Shown: positions 38,925 to 53,928 of the stretch, piece after piece
Layout: each line of letters opens with the position of its first letter
Numbering within the stretch: the stretch's first letter is position 1
NCBI GenBank assembly: GCA_951406725.2
Contig: OX597829.1
Location: forward strand, 23,622,001-23,686,000
Direction of reading: 5' to 3'
Source: Octopus vulgaris
Lineage: Eukaryota
Length of the DNA stretch: 64,000 nt
Program-made: the position numbers and the translations under genes
The notes under the pieces: generated by a model
The model's database searches: none
What the model saw: the letters and a program-made list of their open reading frames with translations, nothing else
What the model was told of the DNA's origin: nothing

Positions 38925-39021
38925 AAATTCTATCGTTCTTTTTTGCTGAACTGCATAGTTATGGGGACATAAACACATCCGTATCGGTTGTCAAGTGATG
39001 TTGGGGAACAAACACAGACAC

Positions 39022-39070
<49 letters not shown>

Positions 39071-39437
39071 TCATCATCATCATCATCGTTTAGCATCCGC
39101 TTTCCATGCTAGCATGAGTTGGACAGTTCAACTGGAGTCTGGGAAGCCAGAAGGCTGCACCAGGCCCAGTCTGATCTGGCAATGTTTCTACGGCTGGATG
39201 CCCTTCCTAACGCCAACCACTCCATGAGTGTAGTGGGTGGTTTTTACGTGCCAGACGAGTCTGGCAAATGGCCATGATGAGCTTCTTTCAGTTTCCGTCT
39301 ACCAAATCCATTCACAAGGCTTTGGTCAGTCTGAGGCTATAGTAGCAGACACTTGCTGAAGGTGCCATGCAGTGGGACAGAACTCGGAACCATGTGGTTG
39401 GTAAGCAAGCTACTTACCACACTGCCACTCCTATACC
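38925..39437 (-). mobile_element. SINE A with an RTE tail nested in its microsatellite
   Basis: RTE 3' end at 39070-39277, same orientation as the host SINE. Confidence 0.85.
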
Positions 39438-39761
39438 TAAATTCACAGTATAAATACAGTGGATATATAGTGTGTGGTAATGATATTGTACAAAAATTCC
39501 ATGTTTTCTTTCTGCATATTGTGTCCTGTCTCTGACTCTGAAGTCACTAATCACTAATCTATGTTGGAAAGTGTATTCTAAGTGCATTCTTCACAAGAAA
39601 TGTTTTTTTTTTGTAATCTCCCTGTTCTGATTTCTGGTATGAATGAAATTTATCTGACTTGCATGTCCACCAGATTGGTAGGTGATGAGGTAATTAGCTG
39701 TTTCATGAAGCGCATGTTACAAATTGTTAAATCAGTTATATCACAAAACTCTAAGAATCTT

Positions 39762-40016
39762 CTTCTTTGCGCCCTTTTAAAGCCTAGCCAGGCTCATGGG
39801 CCCGGTTTCCCGGTTTCTATGGCGTATGTGTTCCCCAGCTGGACGAGACGCCAGTCCATTGCTGCATTACTCCTTTTTGCCAGCTGAGTGGACTGGAGCA
39901 ACGTGAAATGAAGTGTTTTGCTCCAGAACACAATGCGTCACCTGGGTCCAGGAATTGAAACCGCAATCTTACGATCATGATGCTGACACCCTAACCACTA
40001 AGCCATGCACCTCCAC
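39762..40016 (-). mobile_element. SINE (D-like head, C-like tail) with 11-bp target duplication
   Basis: CTAAGAATCTT at 39751-39761 and 40017-40027. Confidence 0.85.
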
Positions 40017-41197
40017 CTAAGAATCTTACTCCCTCTTTATTTCTTGAACCATATCTGTAGTCTCTGAAATGATACACAAACCATCATGTCCATGTAAATT
40101 GTCAGCCATGTTAAGGAAGCTCATTGTCAACTGTCATTATGTTAAGCTGCAGCAAGTTATCATAATGGCAGTCCTTCTAGTCATTTACTTATCTTGTTTG
40201 TGGACCACATCTGGAAATAATTTGCTGATGAGTTACCTGTAACTAGTCTCATCTCAATTATCCTGTCATGCACTTCACCTAATTTATCCATTTCTTGGTT
40301 AACAATATGTCTACACTGTCCCAATTCTCACTTTTACTCACTCAGAAGAATCTGAATTGTCTTTTCTTGTATGTGAAGAGTTGGGCTGAAGATCCTTTCC
40401 ATCTTATCTTCTGCACACAGCACACAACACATATCCACATGTCTCTGCTCCAGCATCTCCTCAATTTCACCAGACTTACTTTTGATTGTACCTACTTTTA
40501 TAGTTGCAACCCTGAAGTTTTTGGAACTGAAAGGAACATAAGCTTGAGAACAAGAGGTGCAAGGGGTACAAGTACAACTCCCTAAAAATTTTGTGGGGCA
40601 TTGAAAACATTTTGAAGATCCTCCTATTGTTTGCATCCTCTAAGAAAATTTTGCTCCTGCACTTATGGACAGGAAGAGGAAGATGAGGAGGAGAATTTTC
40701 TGTGGTGAATTTGTTTGTTTGTTGGTTGTTTGATGACTTCTTTACTTGTGAGGAATAAGAAAATTTCTGAGTGAGAATTGGGACAGTGTAGACATATTGT
40801 TAACCAAGAAATGGATAAATTAGGTGAAGTGCATGACAGGATAATTGAGATGAGACTAGTTACAGGTAACTCATCAGCAAATTATTTCCAGATGTGGTCC
40901 ACAAACAAGATAAATAAATGACTAGAAGGACTGCCATTATGATAACTTGCTGCAGCTTAACATAATGACAGTTGACAATGAGCTTCCTTAACATGGCTGA
41001 CAATTTACATGGACATGATGGTTTGTGTATCATTTCAGAGACTACAGATATGGTTCAAGAAATAAAGAGAGAGTAAGATTCTTAGGTGGAGGTGCATGGC
41101 TTAGTGGTTAGGGTGTCAGCATCATGATCGTAAGATTGCGGTTTCAATTCCTGGACCCAGGTGATGCATTGTGTTCTGGAGCAAAACACTTAATTTC
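39905..41197. repeat. Long inverted duplication
   Basis: Arms 39905-40347 and 40765-41197. By eye, about 4 substitutions and one 10-bp indel. Confidence 0.95.
40380..40530 (-). mobile_element. RTE APE-endonuclease N-terminal relic
   Basis: FRVATIKVGTIKSKSGEIEEMLEQRHVDMCCV resembles RTE 'RVGTLNVGT...LERRRVDICCVQE'. Confidence 0.7.
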
Positions 41198-41236
41198 CTA
41201 GGATTCACACAATTTATACACACATTTATGTTTGTC

Positions 41237-41845
41237 CCGGCAGGACAAGTGAATGCCTGGCAAGACAAGTGACCTGGCAGGACAAGTGACCCGGCAGGAC
41301 AAGTGAGACCATAACCCATGGTCTCTACCTGGGATGTAGCCAGTCCACTTATGCATATCTTTCCTTCTTGGGACACAAAACTCTACTTGTGAAGACCTGT
41401 TGAGGCAAGTGAAAATCAAAATCAAAATCAATCAACATCAAATGGAAATTGCAACTGTGATACCAATGCTGGTGGCACGTAAGAGAACCATCCGAACATG
41501 GCCGTTGCCAGTGCCACCCCGACTGGCTTCCATGTCGGTGGCACATAAAATGCACCATACGATCGTGGCCATTGCCAGCCTCGCCTGGCCTCCGTGCCGG
41601 TGGCACGTAAAAAGCACCATCCGATCGTGGCCGTTTGCCAGCCTCGTCTGGCACCTGTGCCGGTGGCACGTAAAAGCACCTACTACACTCACGGAGTGGT
41701 TGGCATTAGGAAGGGCGTCCAGCTGTAGAAACATTGCCAGATCAGACTGGGCCTGGTGCAACCTTCTGGCTTCCCAGACCCCAGTTGAACCGTCCGACCC
41801 ATGCTAGCATGGAAAGCAGATGCTAAACGATGATGATGATGATTA
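41237..41845 (+). mobile_element. RTE 3' end with a four-fold stuttered ORF terminus
   Basis: GGCAGGACAAGTGA (the RQDK* end of the 19879-20968 ORF) occurs four times, one copy with a mismatch, followed by the 3' UTR and (GAT)n. Confidence 0.88.
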
Positions 41846-41914
41846 CATTTAATTTGCCATCATTTCTTCATTTTCCAACACTCTGTCACATATACTACCT
41901 ATTGAGACCCCACC

Positions 41915-42240
41915 CCACCCTTCGGTCATGACTGACCTTGGGATTGCACCTAGAGAGTTACCCTCCAGACACAAGTCCAGGCAAGGTTGTTTCTGGAAGA
42001 CCAGCAGTCACCCCTGCATACCAGCCTCTCCTCTCCCTTGTTATCCAAGGGAAAGGCAAAACCCGATATAGCTTGGCACCTGTGACATCGCAACTCATTT
42101 CTACAGCTGAGTGAACTGGAGCAATGTGAAATAAATTGTCTTGCTCAAGAACACAACACACAGCCCTATCTAGGATTTGAACTCACAACCTCACGATCGG
42201 AAGCTCGATGCTCTAACCACTGAGCCATGCGCCTTCACAC
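41915..42240 (-). mobile_element. SINE family D
   Basis: Head GGCGCATGGCTCAGTGGTTAGAGC...GAGTTCAAATCC. Confidence 0.8.
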
Positions 42241-42598
42241 CATATACTACGAAAGTGCTGTATATTACTGCTACCAATTAGAATTGCTAATGTTATGATT
42301 GTTGTTATTGCTGTTACAAGTGTTATCATTGTTAAGTGAGTCACCTCAGGATCCTGATCTGAGAGAGAGAGACTGGCAGAGAGGTGGAGGGTTGGGCTAT
42401 CAGGTGCATGATGTGTGTGTGTGTGTGTATTATGGGATGCAGATAAGACAATGGTAGTCCCAGGGGGTGGAAAACTGAGGCTGTTACTTATCAAAACAGT
42501 GAATAAGAATAGAATTCTGGTATTTACTGGTGGGAGTAATCAGTGTGGGTACATTGAGGCTGTGCAGCAGTCAAGAATTTCAAATGCATGAGGAAAAA

Positions 42599-42673
<75 letters not shown>

Positions 42674-43460
42674 CGAGAGACACACACTCACATGCACACA
42701 CCCACGCATGTACACATGCACACACATGCACACACATACACACGCACACACACATGCACACTCACACATGCACACACACACACACGCACACACGCACACA
42801 TACACACACACACACACACACATAGAAGGTGGGGTAGAATATATAAAACAAACATCACAGAAAAAGGAGTGAATTCTAGAAATGGAAACAAAAAACAAAA
42901 CTAAAAACAAACGAAAAATGTGAAACGATCAGTTTGATAATCTTAGTTGATTGGGATTGTTCAACTCCCTCCATTATGTGTGGGTGAGGATCTATAACAT
43001 ATTTGTACTTTGAATACAGAATGCTCCCAACCAGCCATATTGTTGGTATGGTTTTAAGATATTTTCTACTTTATATATGTCAAAGACCTCTTTCACTAGA
43101 ATTGAACAAATCCAGTTCTTTTGTTCATGTAATGCCATCACCCATCATTAGATTGATTCTTCATCGTTATTGGTGTAAATTGCCATTCAATACTGCTGGG
43201 AGATAGTGCCATGGAATAAGCAAATGGTTGGTTGGTTGGTTAGTTGATTATATACGTATGCATCGTACATATAGATCTGTGTTTGTGCGTCTGTATCAGT
43301 GTATGTTTGCATGTGTGTGTGTGTGTGTGTGTAAACATTTTCAGTCTGCACTTCACATGAAAATGCTATGGGCAGTGATATTTCTTGTCATTTCTCTGTT
43401 AGCAAATCATCCAGAAATGCTGTGTTTTCAAAGGACAAGAACGGAAGGAAAACTCTTTTA

Positions 43461-43982
43461 CCGTAAATCCTCGAGTATAACCCGCATTTTCCCCCCAAAA
43501 TTTAAAGGTCAAAATCCCTAGTGCGTACTATATACAAGGTTAAAAATGAAAAATATTTTTTAAGCAATGTCCGAGTCTCTATTCGCTGTCCGGTAGTGTT
43601 TATTCAGATGCATTTTCTGATGTCGGGCATGAAAATACTTTAAGCTAAGCCTGAAAGCAATGAAGTCATAAAAGAATCATCCATAACTTGCAGTAAGCAA
43701 CATTTATTAAAATAAAATTATACAGAACACAGAATAACGTGTAACAAAAACAATTTGCAAACATATTTACATTCCCATATAACAGTTAAGAACATCACCA
43801 TTATTGTATTACGCATGCGTGGAAGTGTTTGTTCGACTAGGTGCTGCTGGCTTAATTATGCACAAGTCAAGTTAGAGAAGAAGTGTGTATTATACACAAG
43901 GTTTAGGTTTTTCAGAGGTACAGCTCCCTAAAAATCCCCTGCATATTATACTCAAGGGAAGACTAAACTTGAAGATTTATGG
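43461..43982. mobile_element. pogo/Tc2-like MITE
   Basis: TA|CCGTAAATCCTCGAGTATA ... TAAACTTGAAGATTTATGG|TA (CpG-decayed inverted repeat, TA target). Confidence 0.75.
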
Positions 43983-44322
43983 TACTTGAAAAATAGATAA
44001 GGGTTATCAGCATCTGGCAGTAAAATAATACTTTCTATTATAGACACAAGGCCCGAAATTATGGGGGAGGGGAGCAATCAATTGCATTAACTCCAGTGTG
44101 TAACTGGTACTTACTTTATTGGCTCCAAAAGGATGAAAAGTAAAGTTGACCTCGGTGGAATTTAAACTAGGAATATAAGGATGAATGAAATGCTGCTAAG
44201 CATTTTGCCCAGCATGCTAATGCTTTGGCCAGCTCACCGTCTTATCTGTCTGTAAAATAATGCCTCAATAAAATGTATTTGTCAAACCCTTGTTAGCATG
44301 GAAAAATGGAACACCAATAATA

Positions 44323-44360
<38 letters not shown>

Positions 44361-44370
44361 ACTACTGCTG

Positions 44371-45140
<770 letters not shown>

Positions 45141-45151
45141 AATAATAATAA

Positions 45152-45509
45152 TAACAAGAGCATTCAGAGAGTACAAACCTCTGCCAAGGCAACACCAACG
45201 TCCACTCAACGATTAACCAGAGATGATTTTTAAAATGAGAATATCTGAAATAAACTTGACTGCTCTCACAAATGAGAATGCTAAAAATGAACCCAACTGC
45301 TCTTAAAAATTAAGTAAAATAAAAACTGGAAAAATAATCCAGAATCCTTGTCTGTTGCTGGATTGATCCCAAAATCTAATCAGTTTGTGCCAGTCATGAG
45401 GCCAAACATCCTTGAAAGTTTCATCCGAAATCCATTCTTGAGATATCTTGTCCACAGACAAACAAACAAACACAACTGAAAACAATACCTCTGCCTTCAC
45501 TAAGGCAGA

Positions 45510-45513
<4 letters not shown>
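45152..45513 (+). mobile_element. Helentron-associated (HINE/DINE-like) non-autonomous element
   Basis: 5' AACAAGAGC, subterminal ACCTCTGCCAAGG, ACAG/ACAA microsatellite, 3' hairpin ACCTCTGCCTT-CACT-AAGGCAGAGGT. Confidence 0.65.
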
Positions 45514-45595
<82 letters not shown>

Positions 45596-46064
45596 TCATA
45601 ATAATAATAATTATTTCTACTATAGACACAAGGCCTGAAATTCGTGGGGAGGGGACTAGTTAATTGCATCAACCTTTGTGTCTCACTGGTACTTAATTCA
45701 TCAACCCTGAAAGGATGAAGGGCAAAGTTGACCCCAGCAAAGTTTGAGCTCAGAATGGAGTGGTGGGTGAAATACTGCTAAGCATTTTGTCCAGCATGCT
45801 AATGATTCTGCCAGCTCGCCACAGAACAACAACAACAATGATTGCTTATAATGATTGCTTCAAATTTTGGCACAAGGGCAGCAGTTTTAGGAAATGAGGA
45901 CAGTCAATTACATTGACCCCCCCCCCATATTCATTTAGTTGACCTTGGACAGATGAAAGACAGAGTTGACTTTGGTGAAATTTGAACTTAGCAAGTAATG
46001 GTATTGGAAGAATTGCCATTAAGCATTTTATGTAACTTATTCTGCCAGCTCACTGCTTTAATAA

Positions 46065-46146
<82 letters not shown>

Positions 46147-46498
46147 AACAACGACAACAACAACAACAACAACAGCAGCAGCAGCAGCAGCAGCAATAAA
46201 TGTAGAAAGACTTTAAAATAAAGTGTAAAATATCAAAGGTGAAATGAAGACAGCAATATGTCGTGGTTTCAGTTTGACCAAAATACCAACAGAGGAACTT
46301 AAGAAGTATAGATTTCTTCTTTTGGCAAAAATCCATGATTTGTCCGGGTAATTAATGGCATCCAATTGGAGGGAAACCATCACACGACTGTTACATAAGT
46401 GTATGTGTGTGTGTGTGTATGTGTGTGAGGGAGATAAAAGGTTAATTCATTTCCATATTACTTAAAGTTTCATAGAAACAGTACACACATGCACACAT

Positions 46499-46533
<35 letters not shown>

Positions 46534-46914
46534 CACAGACTCATACACACACACATCCTCAGGTATACAGATTCAAGATAAAGAGAACTTAAATGGAATT
46601 ATTTAGAATGACTTCTCAAGTGATAATATCTAGACTGTCATTGGTCACTTCAAGTGTAGTGAATATTTTGGGCTAAGCATTGATGGCTGTTCATTCCTTA
46701 TATGCTTCAAATGGCAGAGTAGGCTGTATATTAGTGTTAGGTAGTTAAGAATCTGTATAATTTGACAATTCAGTGATGACAGTTACTGACATGCTATGTA
46801 CTGACTGACATATGAGGTAACTGGTTTAGCAGAGCCAGGTGTGTTATGAGTTTGAATGTCAAGCATGGCTGCATGGTGTAATTATAGCCAGATAGTAGCA
46901 GGTAGGCCACTATC

Positions 46915-47790
46915 TTTTATCTTTTATCTTTTTCTCTTCTACTTATTTCAGTCATTTGACTGTGGCCATGTTTGAGCACTGCCCTGAAGTATTTTAGTCG
47001 AACTTATTGACCCCCACACCTGGTATTTATTATTTTTTTTTTGTAAAGCCTAGTACTTATTCTATTGGTCACTTCTGCCAAACCACTAAGTTACAGCAAT
47101 GTGAACACACCAATACCTGTTGTCAGGTGGTAGTGGGGGAGTCAAATGCATACACAGACACATAAACAGACACACAGGCACACACACATATTACACACAT
47201 GTGCATGCACACACAGACACAAACACATAGACACACACACACACAAACACAGACACACACACACACACACACAAACACAGACACACACACACGCACACAC
47301 GCACACACGCACACACACACGCACACACATACACATGTAATGGGCATCTTTCAGTTTCTATCTACCTAATCCATTCACAAGGCTTTGGTCAGCCTGAGGC
47401 TATAGTAGAAGACACTTGCCTAAGGTGCCATGCAGTGGGACTGAACCTGGAACCAAGTGCAAGCTTATTACCAAACAGCCATTTTGATAGTATACAGAAA
47501 GGAAGTCACTTTTACTATCAATTATATTGTCCAATTAGGGTTACAGTGGTTTATTCTAATTATCAGTAGAAGTTCATTAACAAGTTAGAAGTTCATTAAC
47601 AGGGCTGTGTGGTAAGTATAGGCATAGGAGTGGCTGTGTGGTAAGTAGCTTGCTTATAAACCACATGGTTCCGGGTTCAATCCCACTGCATGGCATCTTG
47701 GGCAAGTGTCCTTTACTATAGCCTTGGGCTGACCAAAGCCTTGTGAGTGGATTTTGTAGGCGGAAGCTGAGAGAAACCTGTCGCATATAT

Positions 47791-47826
<36 letters not shown>

Positions 47827-49285
47827 ATATGTTTGTGTTTGTCCTCCCAACATCGCTTGACAACCGATGCTGGTATGTTTACGTCCCTGTAACTTAGTGG
47901 TTCAGCAAAAGAGACTGATAGAATAAGTACTAGGCTTACAAAAAAACAAAGTCCTGGGTCGATTTCTTCAACTAAAACCCTTTAAGGCTGCAGTCAAATG
48001 ACTGAAATGTGAAAAAGACTAAAATAATTTGAAACAAGACAGTTTAAAAAAAAAGAGAAAAGAGCAGCTATTTAAATATAATCAGGGTTTCCCTCTTTCT
48101 AGTAGAAGTTGGACACAGAGGTTTATTGGATCCAGACTGTGGTGGTAACTGCTGTTAATTGAGGCCAATCATTGTCAAGCAAAAGCCATCCTGAAAGAAA
48201 TCTCAGCAAGTCGAGAGAACCAGCAATTGGATATAGCTGGAAAAGGATGATGAAACCAGACTGGCAAGGTGTTGTGTGGGTGTGATGCTGGTACATGTTT
48301 GCCTATATGTCAAGTAAGACCTGCATGACTCAGTGGTGATGATCAGTGGTGATGATACCAGAATGGACTTAAAATGGAATATTAGTCAGTCAATCCAGTA
48401 GGAGGGGCATTGCATAACATTAGTGAAAGAGCAAAAGTGCAATGTAAAGCTGCCGAGAAGAAGCCCTAAAACAGTGCACATTCTCTGTTCATGATTCCTG
48501 AAATTTATTGGTATTTGGTATGCAGAGTATTTGATTGACTGCACTTACACAAGCAAGCCAATTCTAAGTTTCTTCTTTCTCCTTGTATTGTTCATTGCTG
48601 GAGAAACTAGAATCTTCCATGAGGACCTCTTGGGTTGCAGTGGACAAATGACAATCTGATGTCCTGTGGTTTGTTGATACTCTTTTATTCTTTTACTTCT
48701 TTCAGTCATGTGACGGTGGCCATGCTGGAGCACCGCCTTCAGTTGAGCAAATTAACCCCAGGACTCATTCTTTGTAAGCCTAGTACTTATTCTATCAGTC
48801 TCTTTTGCTGAACCACTAAGTTACAGGAACGTAAACACACCAGCATCGGTTGTCAAGCGATGTTGGGGGGACAAACACAGACACACAAACACACACACTT
48901 ATATATATACATATACATATGTACGACAGGCTTCTTTCAGTTACTGTCTACCAAATCCACTCATAAGGCTTTGGTCAGCCTGAGGCTATAGAAGAAGACA
49001 CTTGCCCAAGGTGCCATGCAGTGGGACTGAACCCAGAACTATGTGGTTTGTAAGCAAGCTAATTACCACACAGCCACTCCTGCGCCAGATATGTAATAGT
49101 TTGTATGTCTGTGGCAATTTGTACTAATATTCTAGCATGGCTATGTTGTAAGAAGTTTGCTTTCTAACCACATGCTTTTTGGTTCAATCCTGCTACGTGA
49201 TACCTTGGGCAAGTGTCTTGTACTATAGCCCTGGGTTCATCAAAACCTCGGGAGTAGATTTGGTAGATGGAAACTGAAGAAGCCT
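46915..49285. mobile_element. Cluster of SINE A copies in both orientations
   Basis: 46915-47480 (-), 47620-48025 (+), 48678-49086 (-), 49135-49285 (+, partial). Confidence 0.88.
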
Positions 49286-49289
49286 TTCT

Positions 49290-52246
49290 AGTACTTTACT
49301 AGGTTCATGTTCATACTATTTATCTGTATATTCAAATCCTAGCTTTCCACATAACTCCCACTGGATTACTCTCCTAGGTTGTCATGTCTTTTCTTGTATT
49401 CTTTCTGTGCCAGCATGCTACATTCACTTACTATATGAGTAACACTTTCCTCTTTTGATTTGCATAATCTACATTGGAAATCTACTTGATTTTTATCTAT
49501 CTTGGCTTTTATCCAATTAATCCTTAATGCTTGATCATGTGCTACAAGCAAACTTTCTGTCTCCCTTTTCAGCTTTCCTTCCTGCAAACATAACCATATC
49601 TCACTACTACCATTTGCTGCAACTATCTTGGGAATCTACTTTCTCCTGCCAGTTAGATAATTTCTGTTCTTTTTACTGGTTTTTAACTTTGTTTGGGTTT
49701 TTGGTTTCCCTATGTCTTGCTGTAACTCTAGCAGCTTTTAACAAACGTTCTTCCCTATTACTTACATAGGAGTCTGTATCTACTCTAGCTAATTCCACTT
49801 TATAGGTAAATACAATCTTGCTAATCCTGATCTTGGGTGGAGTCTTCAATTCATATTGAATTCCTTCCTTGTTCTTCTGTCTAGATTTGCTAATTTAGTT
49901 TTTGTCCATTTTACAAAAGCTGCTGAGTATCTAAGTAATGATACCACCCAAGTATTTTCAGCCTTCATTAGATTCAAACCATTTAGCTTTGACTTCATTA
50001 GCTTCCTTACCCTTCTGATGTACTCCTTCTCAATTTTCTTCAGTTTCATTTCTATAGTTAGTACCCTGTCAGATTCTACTACTCCTAAATACTTATAACT
50101 CTCTCCTTCTTTCAGTGATTTTAATGTCTGACCATCTGGTAATTGGATGCCTTCGCTGTTGACTACCTGTCCCCTTCTCATGACTAATATAGCACGCTTA
50201 TCTATGTCAAACGCTGTGCTTATAACTTTGCTGAATAGTCTTACAGACTGTATTAAAGAATCTATCTCTTTTCCATTCTCACTAAAAAACTTCAGATTAT
50301 ACATGTAGAGCAATGGTTATTTTTCCTTTACTATTTCTGAACTGATACCTTGCTTTTGCCTTCTTTAGTACTAAACTGAGAGGGATCAAATGTAAGACAA
50401 CTATCAAAGGGGACAATGAGCCAACTTGGAAAATTCCTCTTTTGATATTAGCTTTCCCTAAGAGTGTGTCACCTGAGTTGAGATCTACTTTCCATTTCTT
50501 CATGCTAAAGCTAATTAATTCTCTTATGTTGTCTGCTATACTGAACATTCTCAAATATTCACTTATCCATGAGCGTGGGATCATGTCATAGGCTGTTCTT
50601 ATAATCTATCCATGCTATTGTTAGATTTTTCTTTCTAGCTTTTGCTTTATTTAGATCTACTTCGTTTATATATAATAGATCATGCATTCCTCTAGCCTTC
50701 TTCCTGCAACCTTTCTGTTCTTTTGGCAGTAAATTCTGGTTGTCAAGGTGCTCGTAAAAGCTTTCTGAAAGCATTCCTGTTAACAGCTTCCACACTGATG
50801 TAAGCAAGTGATTGGTCTATAGTTGCTAGTTGTATTACCCTTGCTCTTATCTTTCTTAATGAACACTGTCCTACCTCTAGTCATCCAGTTTGGTATTATT
50901 CCACCATTAAGGGTATTATTCCACCATTAAGGCAACCCTTAAGTTGTTTCCTCAGCCTCCCATGTAAACTACTAAATTTCTTTAGCCACTACCCTTGAAC
51001 TAAATCTGGTCCTGGGCCCTTCCAATTCAGCATTTTCCCTAACACTTTACTCATTAATGCACTAGTTAGTCTTGGATCTGGCTGCTTCTTACCACACTTT
51101 CTTCAACTGCATCTCCATTATGATTGACTGGCTTATCCCAAATATTACTCCAGAACTTTCTAGCATCTTCTACATTAGATTTCTCATCTTCAGTACTTCA
51201 TTCTCCACTATTTATTTGGTTACAAAATCTCCTCTGGTCTGTCTCAAATAATCTATTCTGTTGGTACTGATCTATTCTTTTCTTATATCTGGAGAGCTTG
51301 CTTGCTACTGCTATGATAAGCTGCTTCAACTCTTCTATTACTGTCCCAAATCCTTTCTCTTTGACTAAGTATCCTTTCTCAAGCGAAGATTTGCACCTTG
51401 TGCTTCCTAACTTATTGAGTTTCCAGGCTTCTATTCTATTCAGATCTTATCTTAAAATCTTCACGCTATTTTGTAGTCTCCTTTTCCACATTTACTCTTT
51501 TTTAATCTTTACCTGTGAGATATCTAATCTTCTGGTGACTACTGTCCCTCCTGCATAAATCAATAAGTTAGTGTCTTCTATATTTTTAGAATCTATTCCA
51601 CTGATAACAGAATCTACTTTCCTTGTCATTTCTAGCAGCTTCTTTCTGTTGGTGCCTTTTCATGCTGGCAATCTTTTCTTACTTCTTTACTCATTACTTC
51701 CTACAACTTATCTAAAATATTCTGATCTTCCTTACTTAAATCACTAAGTCATTGGTGCCAGTTGTCCCTTCCTTATTGGTAGCACTATCATTATTTTTTC
51801 CTTTAGGTTCTTTGGTTTGAGCTGTATCTCTTTCCCACTGCCTGGTCTTTCTTTTCCAGTTCTCCTGTGATCTCTTCCATCTCCAATTCTGTCGTCCATT
51901 TTCTTCTCCTAATAGCATTAGCTTCATCAACTAATCTCTGCTCAGTCACTTTAAAGATACCTCTCTCAACCCAAAGTGTTAACATCCATTTTCTATAGCC
52001 CCTTCTTTTAGGTTCACTTTCTAAGTAGCACTGCATCACAACTCTGCTTTCTTTGCTGGTCCACTTCCTCCTCCTTGCTCTATTACCTGCTGATGCTGTA
52101 TTAGGATAACAGCTGTGGTCAGTCAGTATCTTTACTGAACCACTGCTGAGCAAGAGACCTTCCCTTAAAGGTCCAGCTTCATTTTCACTGTTACAACCAG
52201 AGTTTCTTTGGAAACTCCTGTTTCTCATAAACTGAGATAAGGTAAC
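49290..52246 (-). mobile_element. Near full-length degenerate R4/Dong-clade retrotransposon (Myb-like N-terminus, RT, CCHC)
   Basis: RRRKWTSKE...TEQRLVD; EQKGCRK...IAWIDYK; RGIFQVGSLSPL; LYMYN (decayed YMDD); YKYLG; CRLC..ESVTHIVSEC...RHD. Multiple stops and frameshifts. Starts directly after (AAT)n. Confidence 0.93.
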
Positions 52247-52299
52247 ATTATTGTTATTATTATTATTGTTATTATTAATTATTATTATCATTATTATTT

Positions 52300-52712
52300 T
52301 GGTTTGGCTCAAGTTCGGTTTTATTCTTGGTAGAAATTAGGAGGGTAACGGGTTATTCCTGTAACCTTAGGCATCCACAAGTTTTCAGCAATCTTTCAAG
52401 TGCTTAGAACCTTCCTGATAATCCTTGCTGTCCCTAAGAGACAGACTTTCTATAGGTACTCTGCAGGGCACTCTATTTCAATTTCCTTCAGCCATTTGTC
52501 TATATATTTTGGCTTACTGTTCCCAACGCATCAGTTATTATAGGCCCAACCTTTACTGTTCGCGTGTACCAAATTCTTCTTATTTCAAACTTTAATGAAT
52601 TGTATTTTTTTCTTCTTTACCTCCCTGGAATCAAACGGGCATGATGGGTCAATAAGTAAGCAACTTCACTTTTCCTTATATACAATCATTATATCTGGTC
52701 TATTATTTTATA
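52300..52712 (-). mobile_element. R4/Dong RLE domain plus 3' UTR, upstream of the previous element
   Basis: NRPDIMIV...CLLIDPSCPFD...KYNSLKFEIRRIW...DALGTV...CLLGTARIIRKVL*. (AAT)n on both sides. Confidence 0.88.
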
Positions 52713-52721
52713 ATTATCATG

Positions 52722-52754
<33 letters not shown>

Positions 52755-53031
52755 GAAGGTGGTAAACTGGCAGAACTGTTACCATGTCAAGCAAAATGCT
52801 TAGTGGTATTTCATCTATTTATTTATTTATTTTTTTTATTTATTTAGTTTCAGCTCACAAGCTGTGGCCATGCTGGGGCACTGTACATTCTGAGTTCAAA
52901 TTCCGTTGAGGGTGACTTTGACTTTCATCCTTTTGGAGTTGATAAAATAAGTATTTGTAGAGCTTTGGGGTCAATGCAATTGACTAGTCTCCTCCCACCT
53001 AATTTCAGGCCTTGTGCCTTTAGTAGAAAGG

Positions 53032-53034
<3 letters not shown>

Positions 53035-53082
<48 letters not shown>

Positions 53083-53167
53083 AAAATACCTGTAATAGAT
53101 TATAGATCAATTCAATCAACATTATATCTATAATGATACTGACGATGATGATGATGATGATGATGAT

Positions 53168-53203
<36 letters not shown>

Positions 53204-53896
53204 CAATGATAGTGGTGGTGGTAGTGGTGACGTGGTAATGCTAATCCTGATACTGATGGCAATTATGATGTGGATAAAGTGGAAGAGGAGGAGGAAAAGG
53301 AGGAGGTAAAGGAGGAGGAAAAGGAGGAGGAGAGGAGGAGGAGGGGGAGAAGAAGAAGAAAAAGAAGAAGAAGAAGAAGAAGAAGAAGAAGAAGAAAAAG
53401 AGGAAGAAGAGGAAGAAGAAGGAAAAGAGGAAGAAGAAGGAAAAGAGGAAGAAGAAGGAGAAGAGGAAGAAGAAGGAGGAGGAGAAGAAGATGAAGAAGA
53501 AGAGAAAAAGAAGGATGACGACAATGACAATGATGATGATGAGGAGGACGAGGAGAAGCAGTAGTAGCAACAGCAGCAGCTACCTATGAAGAAAGCAGTC
53601 TAGGAATTTGGAAGGATTTCAAAAATATTTCAATAGTAAGATAATCTCATTGGATATGTTTTTTCTTCAGAATTTATTTCGAGAAAAGGAAGCAAAAAAG
53701 AAGAAAATGATTAACACAAAAAAATTATAAATTATCTGGGTGTGTTGAGGAGGAGGAGGAAGAAGAGGAGGAAGAAGAGGAGGAAGAAGAGGAGGAAGAA
53801 GAGGAGGAAGAAGAGGAGGAAGAAGAGGAAGAAGAAGAGGAGGAAGAAGAGGAGGAAGAAGAGGAGGAAGAAGAGGAGGAAGAAGAGGAGGAAGAG

Positions 53897-53928
<32 letters not shown>

